This document shows positions 12,249-31,548 of a stretch of 64,000 nt of DNA, one piece after another. The position numbers and the translations under genes are program-made. Positions within the stretch are counted from its first letter, which is position 1. Every line of letters starts with the position of its first letter. The stretch covers positions 372,001 to 436,000 of the forward strand of contig NIVC01000003.1 in assembly GCA_002269645.1 (NCBI GenBank), in the 5' to 3' direction. Source of the stretch: Macrostomum lignano (lineage: Eukaryota). The notes beneath the pieces are model-generated. The model saw only the letters and a list, made by a program, of their open reading frames with translations, ran no database searches and had not been told where the DNA came from.

Positions 12249-13331
12249 CTTGTCTAGTCAGAGTTTAAACTTTGCTTGTCCTTACGAGTAATTCTCTAGG
12301 GTTGGGAGTGCTGGGCAGATATCTGAGCGAATTCAGCAAGGCCTTGCTTTTAATTCCAAGTTCACCAACGCACAGCTAATGGGGGTAAGAAAACTTAGCG
12401 ATTAAATGTACAGTCTGCCCATTCTGACACCCATTCTGCTAGGGGGGGCGGGGTCGCGGGGCAGAGGGGAAGCCCAGCCCACACAAGTGTACATTGTCCC
12501 GCAGAATGTGCCCAAATATCTCTAATAGCAGCCCCCTCTTTCTCTTAAGGGGAGGGGTCCTGGGGCAAAGGGAAGCCAGCCCGCCACAAGTGTACATTGT
12601 CGGTCGTTTCCCCCACGGAATGTACGCATATATATTTTATTGCGGAGCGCACCCAGCTGAGTATAGAGTCGCACCAGACAGCAGAGGTGAGGGGGCTGTT
12701 TGTTACTCGTAAAATTGGAATGAATCACAACCGTTTCAGAGATTTTTGTTTATTGCGGGCAAGTAGTGAACCAAAAACATAACTGTTCGTAAAAAAATGA
12801 GTCCGGCAGCAGCGCGTGCAGATAAGAACTAAATTAAATAACAAACAGAGCAGCTAGTTGAGTTCTGAGCTTGTCGCACTTGTGTTGTGAACTGTCTTCA
12901 ACTGACTAAAATTTTATCTACATAACACTAAATTAAAGCCGTTCTTCGAAGTATATGGAATTTTTACTTGAAAGGGCAAAGCATGGTATTAAAATTAAAA
13001 TTATTCGATATCAATTCGTAAGAAGTGTATAAACAATTTGTACTTTTTCGATATGAACTTTGCTTACCCTAGCCTGCTTCTTGGCTGCTAATATTTCCTC
13101 CATTCCGGCTCTTAATTCAAGCCTTAGCTTTAGTTTCGCCCACAGACAGTGGCTTTCCCTCGGACTCATAGACAGCTAGGCCCAGCGGTACAGTCCCCCA
13201 CGGCTCTGCTAAACCCAACTAGTGAGCTAAGAGAGCTAACAAGCACTCAATCCAGCCCACACCCATCAGCCCTCGCAATTGAACTTTGCTTTTAGAGCTA
13301 AGCTCAACCCGTCAACACCGCAAAGTCCGGC

Positions 13332-14344
13332 ATGTTTCCCTGGGCTGCACCGAAGGAGCCGCCGGCGGAGTCCGTGCGCAACAACTGCCCCGCCGTCTGG
13401 GGCAACGGCCTCGACGATGGTGACAACAGCATCTCCATGGACGAGATCGAGGCCCGATTCCGCAACAAGCAGGTCATCGTGCTCAGTCGCTTCCACGAGA
13501 AGGAGCGCCGGACGTACCGCAACCTGGCCATGAAGTCTAAGCGGGTTGTTGAAGTTCTCACGGGCGAGTACCTCGGCATTTCGCACGATGTAAGAGCTCA
13601 ACTTTTTTTATATCAGCAAGGGAGTTTGTTGTTATACGAATTATTTACGAGCCCGGAACCTCCGTTATCCCATTGAACCCCAGATGTCGATCGAGAAGGA
13701 GAAGAACACCCCGTCATGGATCGCAGTCGGCGCCTGCCGTTTCCGCGACGGCAAGAAGGGTTACGAATGGATGGACAGCGACCCCAACTTCATGGGCAAC
13801 GACCTGCTGAGCCACACACACGAGGCTTGGCTGATCAAGCTGGACGAGGCCGAGGCAACAAAAGACGGTAAGGGAATAAAATGTTTAGAATGCTACTTAT
13901 CGTGCCTCTCAGTAGAGTGTTTTGGGCATCATAATCTAAAAAACCTCCGCACCATGCGCACCCGCTTTAGGCAACAACATTTGGTTCCTCAACAACGTGT
14001 TCTGCAAGCGCGAGGACGTCCCGGCCGCCATCGAGAAGCTTAACGGCCTCAAGCGGGGCATCCAGAAGTACAGTGGCCGCGTGGTTGCTAACAACAATCT
14101 GGGCCTGCGCATCAAAGGCAACAGCACGGCTCCCGAGTACATCATCCTCATCCAGTTCCGCAGCTTCCAGTACTACCGCGACTGGATGAAGTCCCAGGAG
14201 GGATTCGAATTCCTAGACGTCGTGAACCCGCTGGGCGACCGCGAGTCGCTGCTGTTCGCGCTCTGCCCAGACTTCCCCTCACCGTCGGAGTGGAAGTCGA
14301 ACGACGACCTGGCCGATTACATCAAGATGCACGGTCAGGACTAG
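13332..14344 (+). CDS. 271-aa protein with two tandem DUF1330-like (dimeric alpha-beta barrel) repeats; exons 13332-13589, 13684-13867, 13971-14344
   Basis: GT-AG introns of 94 nt (phase 0) and 103 nt (phase 1) join three ORF pieces in frame. The C-terminal repeat QKYSGRVVA...IKG...PEYIILIQFRSFQYYRDWMKSQE resembles the DUF1330 pattern (YGGRFL...VVIEFPS...AWY.S.EY), judged by eye. The gene is head-to-head with PEPCK. Confidence 0.8.
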
Positions 14345-14884
14345 TCCGAGCCGGGGACCCCTAGTTTGATGAAGGCCACGCGCTGTGTCTGCAGGCGACC
14401 CGCTGTCCTCAGTGACGACAATGTTATTTTCCAAGAACCGCTCGCCTAACTTACCTGTATTATAGGAGGTACACCGCTTTGTTTTAGTCAGTGCAAAATG
14501 TGATTTAAATATTTATTTTCAATGTGATTGCGAACATTAGACACTAAAGCTGCTTTTTCCCCGCAAATTTGTATGCGCGCCCCCCTTCTCGTGCGTTTTT
14601 TTCTGTCGCCCAGCGCAGCGCGTGCAGTAGCGATAATAAAAGGCGGCAAGACTCGGCGAATTTTCGATATCCCAGCGTGTGAAGGCTCGCCAAACGCTTA
14701 TCAACTATAACAAAAATCATTGCGGTCTCGTCACAATACCCAATTACGATTTACCATGCCCAACAAAAAGCTTTTTTTATCGAATAAACTTTTTTCCCCG
14801 TTAAAGGAATTCCGCAAGCTGCATCTAATTGTCCATTGAGTCCTTGACGGCATTCAAACTGGGCTGGGCTGTCCTCAAATTACA

Positions 14885-15507
14885 CTGTCTTCTGTTAGAC
14901 TGGGACTGTCTTCTGTTAGACTGGGACTGTCTTCTGTAAGACTGGGACTGTCTTCTGTTAGACTGGGACTGTCTTCTGTTAGACTGGGACTGTCTTCTGT
15001 TAGACTGGGACTGTCTTCTGTTAGACTGGGACTGTCTTCTGTTAGACTGGGACTGTCTTCTGTTAGACTGGGACTGTCTTCTGTAAGACTGGGATTGTCT
15101 TCTGTAAGACTGGGACTGTCTTCTGTTAGACTGGGACTGTCTTCTGTAAGACTGGGACTGTCTTCTGTAAGACTGGGACTGTCTTCTGTAAGACTGGGAC
15201 TGTCTTCTGTAAGACTGGGACTGTATTCTGTTAGACTGGGACTGTCTTCTGTAAGACTGGGACTGTCTTCTGTTAGACTGGGACTGTCTTCTGTAAGACT
15301 GGGACTGTCTTCTGTTAGACTGGGACTGTCTTCTGTAAGACTGGGACTGTCTTCTGTTAGACTGGGACTGTCTTCTGTAAGACTGGGACTGTCTTCTGTA
15401 AGACTGGGACTGTCTTCTGTTAGACTAGGACTGTCTTCTGTAAGACTGGGACTGTCTTCTGTAAGACTGGGACTGTCTTCTGTTAGACTGGGACTGTCTT
15501 CTGTTAG
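14885..15507. repeat. 21-bp satellite (AGACTGGGACTGTCTTCTGT(T/A)), left arm
   Basis: About 30 copies. Same unit as 18698-20022. Confidence 0.98.
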
Positions 15508-18500
15508 CCCAGTGGCAAAGCCGAGCTCGGTCCGAGCTCGGCCCGACGTCGGCCACTCGGCATTCGATCGGCCATACTAAAGTCGGCCAGCCGACGTCGG
15601 CCCGAACTCGGTAGAACCTCGGGGTGCCGCGCCGTTAACCGATTAAAAGTTTTAATCAATTAAGCAGAATTTATCTACGCTAATGAATTCAATATGATTA
15701 AAAAAAACCCCGCATAAATATAGATGAATAATTTACACTGAAAAAGTGACTCTTTTGCAATAAACAAAAACAACGCAATCATACAGCACTTTTGATCCAC
15801 CAAAGTGGTGAAATGTGCTTTTTACACATACTAATTGTGTTTTTACTGAATTAGTTTCCTCGTTGAGTAGGTGATTTGACTTTTATGGATTTATTCTCCT
15901 TCGAGACGACCATGAAGTGCATGCGTTATAGGTACGGAAAATTCGAAGTACTGGATTTTAACAATTATATATATGAGTAATTTACCAGATAAAAGAACAT
16001 AGCTTCGTTAGTAAAAATATAAATAAATAATTAACTGCTTTAGAATTTACTTAAGGCGCAATTATTGCTCATTTTTTGCCATTCATTTGAATATATTGCT
16101 CCCGTGCAGGTCAAGTCAATTGTAAACAGTGTCTAGCTCTTTTTAACGTGGCAATTCATTTATTTAGCTTCTTAGTTATTATTTTTATTACACGTTCTTT
16201 GGAAGCATTTAGATGTTTCGGCAAAAATTCCAGAGACATACTTAGTCTTACAGTTAAGCCGTAACTAATTGAACTATAGCTACACTGTAATGCAATGTAA
16301 ACTTGCTTTTTTGGGTTTAATGAAGATTTGCTTACAATTTATGAATAGGCGTATGAAATATGTTTTCATTAATGATAATTAGACATATTACGATGGCAAT
16401 TCACCAGCTATTTTCAGAATGGCCATCAAATAGTTATCTAGGAGTTAAAAGTGAATAAATCCGAGGAGAAGAATTTCTTGTCGCGTCCCAAAACCTGGAC
16501 TTAGCTCAAGATTCTTAAATGGAAATTTTACTAAACAATTTATCTACAAAAAGCATATTTTCATGATAAAATGTTGAAAAGTATAGGATTGCAATAGGAG
16601 TTACCATAACTTAACTGTAGGAATGATATCTAGCTTAGGTCATAAATCCTGTGATTTGAAAAGTCTAAAATGGCCTAAATAAAGCCAGATTTTTAGGCTC
16701 CTATGATATTTTTATCCCTACTATATTAGGTCTAGCTTCTTATTTTTTTATTTGTCTATGGCAATGCCATCATGAATTACATACTATCAGTTAATTTAAG
16801 ACATTGTTTATGTACTATGGGCCAGGATATAATGCCAATTGTGCATTTTATGGCAGGCAATTTAATGTAATTTTGCTGTATATGCCAATTTTTTACTCTT
16901 TTGAATAGATTCATAGTATTCATATTATACTATATTGTTTTTCTAATGACTTTTTAGTACAACTATAGTATACTTATTTTACTATTATAGGTTTTTACTT
17001 TATTTTTGCACCATAGACTAGATATTGATGCTATTTTTATATACTAGGGCCCTATGCCATATTTGGCATCAGTTTTGCACTGCAGGCCAGATTTGGGTAT
17101 CAGTTTTGTGTTTTCCATTTATGTATTTGATTCCAATTTTTTTACTTTTTCATCATATGGCTTCAATTCTAACCCCCTTGATGTTCTAGATACTACAACA
17201 CTTTGAGAAAATGGGGCGAGATTCTAAGCCTCCCCACAAGCGATCCAGAAGCAGCAGCACAACACCCATGCCCATGACCACCACATTGAGATGGGCAACG
17301 CAGTCGTTGCGAGGGACTTTGCTGCTGATGGCAGCTGGAAGCCTGCTGTTCTGACCGACTGCTCCAGGGCTGTGTCTCTTGCCAGTTTGACGATGGTCGA
17401 GAGGTCCATCGGCACATCAATCAAGTGCCTGCGGCGCCTTCCAAAGTTGAGCAACCGCTATGTGCCGAGGTACCTGACGATCAACCAGAGGCCCCTGCGG
17501 AGACGCCTGGCCAGGCGCCAGAGTTGAGCTCTGCGGCGCCACTTTGACGTTCGACCAGGGCAAGAGCTTAAGCTGACCGGCTGCGCTACCAGTGACTATG
17601 GACTGTTCCTCTATGGACTGTGAACTGATTTGCGTCTTTTATTCCCGTTTTTATCTAACGCTTAATCTTTGTGGGGAGGAGTGTGGTGACTTGGCTGGGC
17701 GAATTGTTGTTTGTTTTGTTAGCTTGTTTTTACTCCGTGTTTTGAGGTGGTTTTTTACCAGTTTCGCTGCGTACTCCCTTCTGCGATATTTCGCTGTACA
17801 TTCTTATGTGCGCTCTGCATTCTGGCCGCTCTTGCTCTCCACCCTTAAGCCTCTTACACCCAATGTATCGTGCTCAATATTTACAATATAAATTGCAGTC
17901 GCTTTCCTCGTATCAAGCGTCTCGTTCTACAATCTAAACTTCTAAAGTGAAGTCTTTACAGTTTATAATGTTAATAAATGCTCAACAAAATCCGTATCGC
18001 AACCCTTAACTCAACCTCTGTTTTCAGCTGTTTAGCTACTTTTTCTCTGTTTTCTTGCTAATTGGTTTGAAAGTTAATCTTGTATCATTATTAGCATTTG
18101 ATAATACACTAGTGTGCTTGTGGTGGATTTACTGTTGCGGTGTTCTTTTAATTCAATTATTTTAAGTTCTAAATCGTTGTCTTATTTCACAATCATTTAA
18201 TCCTGAACATGGCTGTTGGTTGTATATTTGTTGGGTCAGAGAACTGAGTCTGGTGGATATGTATCTAATTCCGAGGGGAAATCAATTAACTAGTTATACT
18301 AAAGGCTCACCATAACCAGGCTCATATACGAGCGTACATTACCACTGCAATGCACTAACATGCTAGGAATGACATGGGATCTTTAACTCGATGGTTTCAA
18401 TTCGTGTCATGTCGTTTTCCCATTCACCTTTTCTTTTTCATGTAATACCAAATTGTACATGTACAGTAAAATTCTATAGAAAGTGAAAGTGGCACCTACA

Positions 18501-18697
18501 TGTAGTCAATCTTCAAGAAGCAATATAAGCTTTATAATAAGCTAAATAGAAAGTATAGTGCAAAGCTACTCGGCATTACCGCGGTCAGCCGACCTCGGCC
18601 CGAGGTCGTCGGCCCGAGCTAGAACCGCCGTCAACCCGCCGAGCTCGGCCCGATCTCGGCGGACCGAGCTCGGGCCGAGCTCGGCTTTGCCACTGGG
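15508..18697. mobile_element. 3,190-bp non-autonomous TIR DNA transposon with CCCAG...CTGGG termini and a 2-bp target duplication (AG), possibly CMC/EnSpm-like, inserted in the 21-bp satellite
   Basis: The left end CCCAGTGGCAAAGCCGAGCTCGG (15508) is the exact reverse complement of the right end (to 18697) for 23 bp, and about 38 bp with 2 mismatches. Flanks are ttAG|CCCAG and CTGGG|AGactggg, versus the unbroken unit ttAGactggg. CCGAGCTCGG palindromes repeat subterminally. No transposase ORF is seen. Confidence 0.88.
17220..17990 (+). mobile_element. Degenerate Gypsy-type LTR retrotransposon 3' remnant (integrase tail, polypurine tract, start of 3' LTR) inside the TIR element; right boundary uncertain
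   Basis: ARDFAADGSWKPAVL, then after a frame change FDDGREVHRHINQV and L*RSTRARA*ADRLRY, typical of Gypsy integrase C-termini. Purine tract GTGGGGAGGAG at 17671-17681 is followed by TG at 17682. Confidence 0.7.
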
Positions 18698-20022
18698 AGA
18701 CTGGGACTGTCTTTTGTTAGATTGGGACTGTCTTCTGTAAGACTGGGACTGTCTTCTGTTAGACTGGGACTGTCTTCTGTAAGACTGGGACTGTCTTCTG
18801 TTAGACTGGGACTGTCTTCTGTAAGACTGGGACTGTCTTCTGTTAGACTGGGACTGTCTTCTGTAAGACTGGGACTGTCTTCTGTAAGACTGGGACTGTC
18901 TTCTGTAAGACTGGGACTGTCTTCTGTAAGACTGGGACTGTCTTCTGTTAGACTAGGACTGTCTTCTGTAAGACTGGGACTGTCTTCTGTAAGACTGGGA
19001 CTGTCTTCTGTTAGACTGGGACTGTCTTCTGTTAGACTGGGACTGTCTTCTGTAAGACTGGGACTGTCTTCTGTTAGACTGGGACTGTCTTCTGTTAGAC
19101 TGGGACTGTCTTCTGTAAGACTGGGACTGTCTTCTGTTAGACTGGGACTGTCTTCTGTTAGACTGGGACTGTCTTCTGTAAGACTGGGACTGTCTTCTGT
19201 TAGACTGGGACTGTTTTCTGTTAGACTGGGACTGTCTTCTGTAAGACTGGGACTGTCTTCTGTTAGACTGGGACTGTCTTCTGTAATACTGGGACTGTCT
19301 TCTGTAAGACTGGGACTGTCTTCTGTTAGACTGGGACTGTCTTCTGTAAGACTGGGACTGTCTTCTGTAAGACTGGGACTGTCTTCTGTTAGACTGGGAC
19401 TGTCTTCTGTTAGACTGGGACTGTCTTCTGTAAGACTGGGACTGTCTTCTGTAAGACTGGGACTGTCTTCTGTTAGACTGGGACTGTCTTCTGTAAGACT
19501 GGGACTGTCTTCTGTAAGACTGGGACTGTCTTCTGTAAGACTGGGACTGTCTTCTGTAAGACTGGGACTGTCTTCTGTAAGACTGGGACTGTCTTCTGTA
19601 AGACTGGGACTGTCTTCTGTTAGACTGGGACTGTCTTCTGTTAGACTGGGACTGTCTTCTGTAAGACTGGGACTGTCTTCTGTTAGACTGGGACTGTTTT
19701 CTGTTAGACTGGGACTGTCTTCTGTAAGACTGGGACTGTCTTCTGTAATACTGGGACTGTCTTCTGTAAGACTGGGACTGTCTTCTGTTAGACTGGGACT
19801 GTCTTCTGTAAGACTGGGACTGTCTTCTGTTAGACTGGGACTGTCTTCTGTAAGACTGGGACTGTCTTCTGTAAGACTGGGACTGTCTTCTGTTAGACTG
19901 GGACTGTCTTCTGTAAGACTGGGACTGTCTTCTGTAAGACTGGGACTGTCTTCTGTTAGACTGGGACTGTCTTCTGTAAGACTGGGACTGTCTTCTGTTA
20001 GACTGGGACTGTCTTCTGTTAG
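18698..20022. repeat. 21-bp satellite, right arm (about 63 copies)
   Basis: Same unit as the left arm. It generates the 467-aa LTEDSPS and 464-aa SSVRLGL ORFs. Confidence 0.98.
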
Positions 20023-20420
20023 ATTGGCTGTCAAGTGTGAGATTGACTGTCAAGTGTTAGATTGGCTGTCAAGTGTGAGATTGGCTGTCAAGTGTGAAAT
20101 TGGCTGTCAAGTGTGAGATTGGCTGTCAAGTGTGAGATTGGCTGTCAAGTGTGAGATTGGCTGTCAAGTGTTAGATTGGCTGTCAAGTGTGAGATTGGCT
20201 GTCAAGTGTGAGATTGGCTGTCAAGTGTGAGATTGGCTGTCAAGTGTGAGATTGGCTGTCAAGTGTTAGATTGGCTGTCAACTGTTAGATTGACTGTCAA
20301 GTGTGAGATTGGCTGTCAAGTGTGAGATTGGCTGTCAACTGTTAGATTGACTGTCAAGTGTGAGATTGGCTGTCAAGTGCGAGATTGGCTGTCAAGTGTG
20401 AGATTGGCTGTCAAGTGTTA
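20021..20420. repeat. 19-bp tandem minisatellite (AGATTGGCTGTCAAGTGTG), about 21 copies, abutting the 21-bp array
   Basis: Directly visible. The unit aligns with the 21-mer. Confidence 0.96.
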
Positions 20421-21137
20421 CACACGGAGTCCCGTCTATCACCCTATTAACCTTTTATATAGACAGCAAAATTCTCATTTAGCGAGCTGATAGTTTTGTA
20501 AAACCATTAAGACAACAAAAAGCAAATTTCAATTTTCGAACGCTCAATATTACTGATTGGAACGGTTATTGGTATTATTACCATCGAACTATTACTATCT
20601 TTATTGGTATTATTTGAATAATCAGTAAGATAAGCAAGCCCCGGGATGCCAGTAAACAGAGGAAGGCGCACTCAGCGCACTTGCGCAACGGGAGAAGCAG
20701 CAGGCCGCTGAGCAACTCCCACTGAGCTGCCGCCTCAACTAAAAACAAAGAGGGAATTTTAAAACATAAAACAAGGCCAGCCGGATGGATTCGCAAGGGG
20801 ACAGCGGGACGCAGAATCACTCCGACTAATTAACTAAGTTAAAATATTAACACACCCTCTCGGGTAAAGTTGAGTAACAATGCGACATCTGTACACAAAG
20901 ATTCGCTTAGGATGGGGCCGGGGCCAAGCACTCCAGCGAGGGCATGCATTGGCGAGGTGGGAAATTTTTCCGCTGAAACTTCTTGTTCGTCTTCATAAAT
21001 GGGAAGCAAAATGCAGCAATTCAGGGGGGAGGTGTAAAATTTCCTAACTCGCCAATGAACTTCCTTGCGTTTAGGGAAATTCGGATTAAATGGGTCTGCC
21101 TAAGAGACCCGACCTCCTCGAGGCCGCTCGCAGTGAC

Positions 21138-27556
<6,419 letters not shown>

Positions 27557-30500
27557 TCAATCTGCCAATGTAAAAATTGTTTAGCAGTGTGAGAGATACT
27601 ACTGTTTCGTCGTCCCAACTGGTAAGTAGATCGGCATGTGTTGGATAAATAAATCTAGTGTTTGATTTACATTTGAAATAGCCAATTTGTTTTAATACCT
27701 CTTCCCTCCACGCAAAACAACATTTTCCTTAATTCAATACACCTAAATGAAGCAATACTAATAATAGTGTTGCTGTATAACAAATAAATGATAATATTTA
27801 ATGTTATCAAATTTTAATTTGGTATCAATATCAAGTCAGTGTTTAAATTTCTATTCAAGAAGCCATCAGTAAAATAAATGTAATTGATTTGACAATTTGG
27901 GTAGAATCAGTTTATAAAAAAGCAGCCGGAGCAACATCACAGAAATTCCTTACCTTTGGTTAGTATATTTCTGTTGAGAAATTGGTTTGAATATGAGCTA
28001 TGAAGTTATCGCCGATCTTTAAACAGTAATGAATCTGAGTTCGTCTAGAGCTGGCTGTGTCTGCGGTTCCGGGGCTATAGCAGTTATAGCAAGTATATAC
28101 GAGAGCTGAGGCCGGATGGCTGGGGTGGGCTATTTTGGGGGTTAGGACTGGCCGCCCCGGCTATCTTAATGGCTGAATCACACTGGAGTAAAGTCTAGTC
28201 GAGGCCGGGGGTCATTAACATATGCAAATAAGGTTATGACTGACTGACTGAAGAGAAAGATATCGCATCTCGGGGGCAGGCTTTGGGGGGTTGGCGTGGG
28301 GGTGGCGGGTGCGACGGGGGCTGCACTAAGAATCGACCGGGAAGGGGGGAGAGGAGAGAGGCCTAACCGTCCGCACAACAGCGAATCCTCTCGGCACAAG
28401 TGATCACGTGACCATGATTAGTTCCAATTTAGCCGGAACAGGGGGTGTACAAAGAAAAGTGAGAGAGTGGGAGAGCCGGGACCCTTCCAAAACTCCTTTC
28501 CCAGCTTCTGCTTTAGTAAGCTATTCTATTTAGGCAAAAAAGGAAACATCGGACAAGATTATGCCTTGGGACACGGTCGCACAGACCCAGCCAGGGAATT
28601 TCCGGATCGATCCCGTCCTAGGCCTAGAAATCAAAGCACAAGGCTTTGGCCAATTCAGCTCGAATCAGGGTGAATCAGAGGGCCTATTCTGACAGTTGAC
28701 ACAAGGCAACACAGAAGTGGCAACTCACAACACAGAGCCGCGAGCCTCCAGTGCTTGTATTTTCACGGAATTTCACTAATTTTTGTCTGATGCGGCGGGC
28801 GAATTACCCAAGCTCAACATCACCATATATTAAGTATTCTATCGTAGTTATAGTCTAGTTCTGATGCCAGACTTATGATGGCAGCGTAGATTGTCTGATG
28901 CCGGCTGACATCAGGTGAAAAATTCAATGTCAAACTATCAATAAATACCAACATCTCTACCTTACCTCTACACTGCGGAGTCTGGTCCAAAGAAGTTGCA
29001 GAAGACTCCACTCTCCACTTCAGATTCCATTACTCGAATTTGACATTTGGTAGAAGTCTAGAAGTCTCAAGAATTATAAAATCATTGATCCTACAAATGA
29101 ACTCTTAAATTCGATAAAATAAATTGATGGTATTTGACATCAGTTTCTCTGACAAAGGTGACACCAACACGTGGGCGACTTTAGCCGCCGACTCTGCCCA
29201 GCTGTACTGCCTAAAAGCGGTGCATGTGCTGCTGCCGACACTGCAGGCACCCCCCAGGCACTCACTGCAGCGGAAAAAGGCATCCTATATAGAGTCCATG
29301 AACTAGAGGGTAAAAACTATGTATTGTACAGGATTAAAATGATCTCTCTTGTTCGTCTTGGCAGTTGACCAGGCGTTGAATGTTTGCCGGACAGTTTGAT
29401 CGCACGTAGCTAAAAAATATATAAGCTACTTATAGTAGTAGTATGTATTTTAAAGCAGAGAGAAAGCAATCTCAGTATCAATACGTCACCTGATTCAGAC
29501 AGACTGATTACTCGTATTTTAGGCTTCTTACAAGCACATTTACAAGTATTTAGCAGGCTAAACGAAAAATTAAATTATATTAACTGCTGCTACTACCCTC
29601 TTACTACTGACAAGTAGGCAGCAATTTGAAGGAATGTCAGGTAAATAAGAGTCAAACAAAGCGGTTCGGTCAGCAATTGAGCTCTTAACAAACTCAGAAA
29701 TTGCAAGCCTGCAAAAGCAGCAAACTTCATTAAAATTCAAGCAGCCGTTTGGTGAATCTTAAAAAGCAAAACTGAAATAATTGATTCCGAGTTTAATCAA
29801 TGTTTAATATAATCAATTAGTGCAGAATAATAATCAATCTTACAGTATTATTACAGTAGAAGTCTGCAACAAACTTTTGATATTGCAGGCTCTGGGACAC
29901 ACAGACACACCATCAAACTGACAGATAATTCGGGACATTCGAGGGGATGACGAATTGAAGCTTTTAGTCAAAGACAAGACTTAGACTGTGATGTACATGA
30001 ATATCTAGACGCAAAACAAGAACGAAACAGCTATTTCTTGGCTGAAAATATGAAACATTCTCGTGAAGTTGGCCTTCAAATTTTTCTAAGAAACAAAATG
30101 TATTGTCATTCTACCAAAGCTGTCCCCTTGCTTTCTGCTTGATTTGAATTTCACATCGCCACCCACTTAGTAGTTCTACAGTTGGGAATGAAAGAAGTTC
30201 AGAGCAACAAAGATTTAAGAGCAGGAAGATCCTACAGTCTGCCAAAAGCCAAGAGGAAATGCATCGCTTTTACAGGGAGGCGGGCGAGCATCAAATACTG
30301 GCAAAAAATTAGCAAAAGTTTACAATCAAATTCGACGACAAACTAACCTAGTGTTAAATAAGTGCAGTAGCTGACAAGCTGACAATAGAATTCAAATGAA
30401 TTTGAAGGTAGAAAATTGCATTCGATCAGGAGTGACGGCGGCCGCCCTCCATAGCGAGGCATGGCGAGGATCGAGCATGGATGAGCTTCGGCTTTCATCC

Positions 30501-30902
30501 GATTCAAATACGGCAAATCAAGACCGATTAAAACAAACAACACTCAGCTTTATAGGAATTCAAATCCCAGCGAATTAATTCTTATTTAGCAAGTGACAAA
30601 TCTTGAGGTTCGCGCGCACTACGCTACTGTCAGTAGGCGATAGCGAGCAAAACGTCAGCCAATGAGAAAAACAACAGGAAGTGAAAATGTGCTCGCTACA
30701 TATGTCCACGGTAATTAAAACAGATTAACTGATAACAGATTTGAAAGGTGCGAGGGAATATGAAAGACTCTGGTAAAAAAACACCTGACTGCCGGGCCGG
30801 GGTGAGTTGCAACAGCCGAGCCGGCGTCAGAGCAGCTTCTGAAATGAGATGGGCGGGTGCGCTGATGGGAGCGGACTGGCTGCCTAATGGGCTGAATGAG
30901 GG

Positions 30903-30952
30903 ACAGACAGAGACAGACAGGCAGACAGGCGGGCAGACAGACACACAGACAC

Positions 30953-31010
<58 letters not shown>
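30903..31010. repeat. (CAGA)n microsatellite
   Basis: Directly visible. Confidence 0.95.
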
Positions 31011-31011
<1 letters not shown>

Positions 31012-31064
31012 TGAGTAGTAGGAAAGTGGTACCCTCCACCGCCATCGCACCGGATTGGCCGGGG

Positions 31065-31548
31065 CACAGATTCCCGGTGCCACCTAATCAATAATACAGC
31101 AGATTCCCGGTGCCACCTAATTAATAATACAGCAGATTCCCGGTGCCACCTAATCAATAATACAGCAGATTCTCGGTGCCACCTAATCAATAATACAGCA
31201 GATTCCCGGTGCCACCTAATCAATAATACAGCAGATTCCCGGTGCCACCTAATCAATAATACAGCAGATTCCCGGTGCCACCTAATTAATAATACAGCAG
31301 ATTCCCGGTGCCACCTAATCAATAATACAGCAGATTCCCGGTGCCACCTAATCAATAATACAGCAGATTCCCGGTGCCACCTAATCAATAATACAGCAGA
31401 TTCCCGGTGCCACCTAATCAATAATACAGCAGATTCCCGGTGCCACCTAATCAATAATACAGCAGATTCCCGGTGCTACCTAATCAATAATACAGCAGAT
31501 TCCCGGTGCTACCTAATCAATAATACAGCAGATTCCCGGTGCCACCTA
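31065..31548. repeat. 33-bp minisatellite (GATTCCCGGTGCCACCTAATCAATAATACAGCA), about 14-15 copies, just 3' of the glycosyltransferase stop
   Basis: Directly visible. It gives the LLIRWHRESAV periodic ORF. Confidence 0.96.

Noticed and set aside
13332-14344. Two or three separate small genes, as suggested by the ORF track
   Set aside because: Canonical short GT-AG introns join the pieces in frame into one protein.
18631-20116. Long ORFs (467, 464 and 366 aa) of LTEDSPS/SSVRLGL/RRQSQS repeats
   Set aside because: They are read-throughs of a stop-free 21-bp satellite, open on both strands. The same applies to the ORFs at 4981, 6032, 9484, 15095, 26498, 30696, 32933, 33976 and 56990.
29930-30350. 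Possible decayed hAT transposase dimerisation-domain fragment (W...LVKLAFKFF)
   Set aside because: It has multiple stops and only a few motif-like residues. It needs a translated HMM search.
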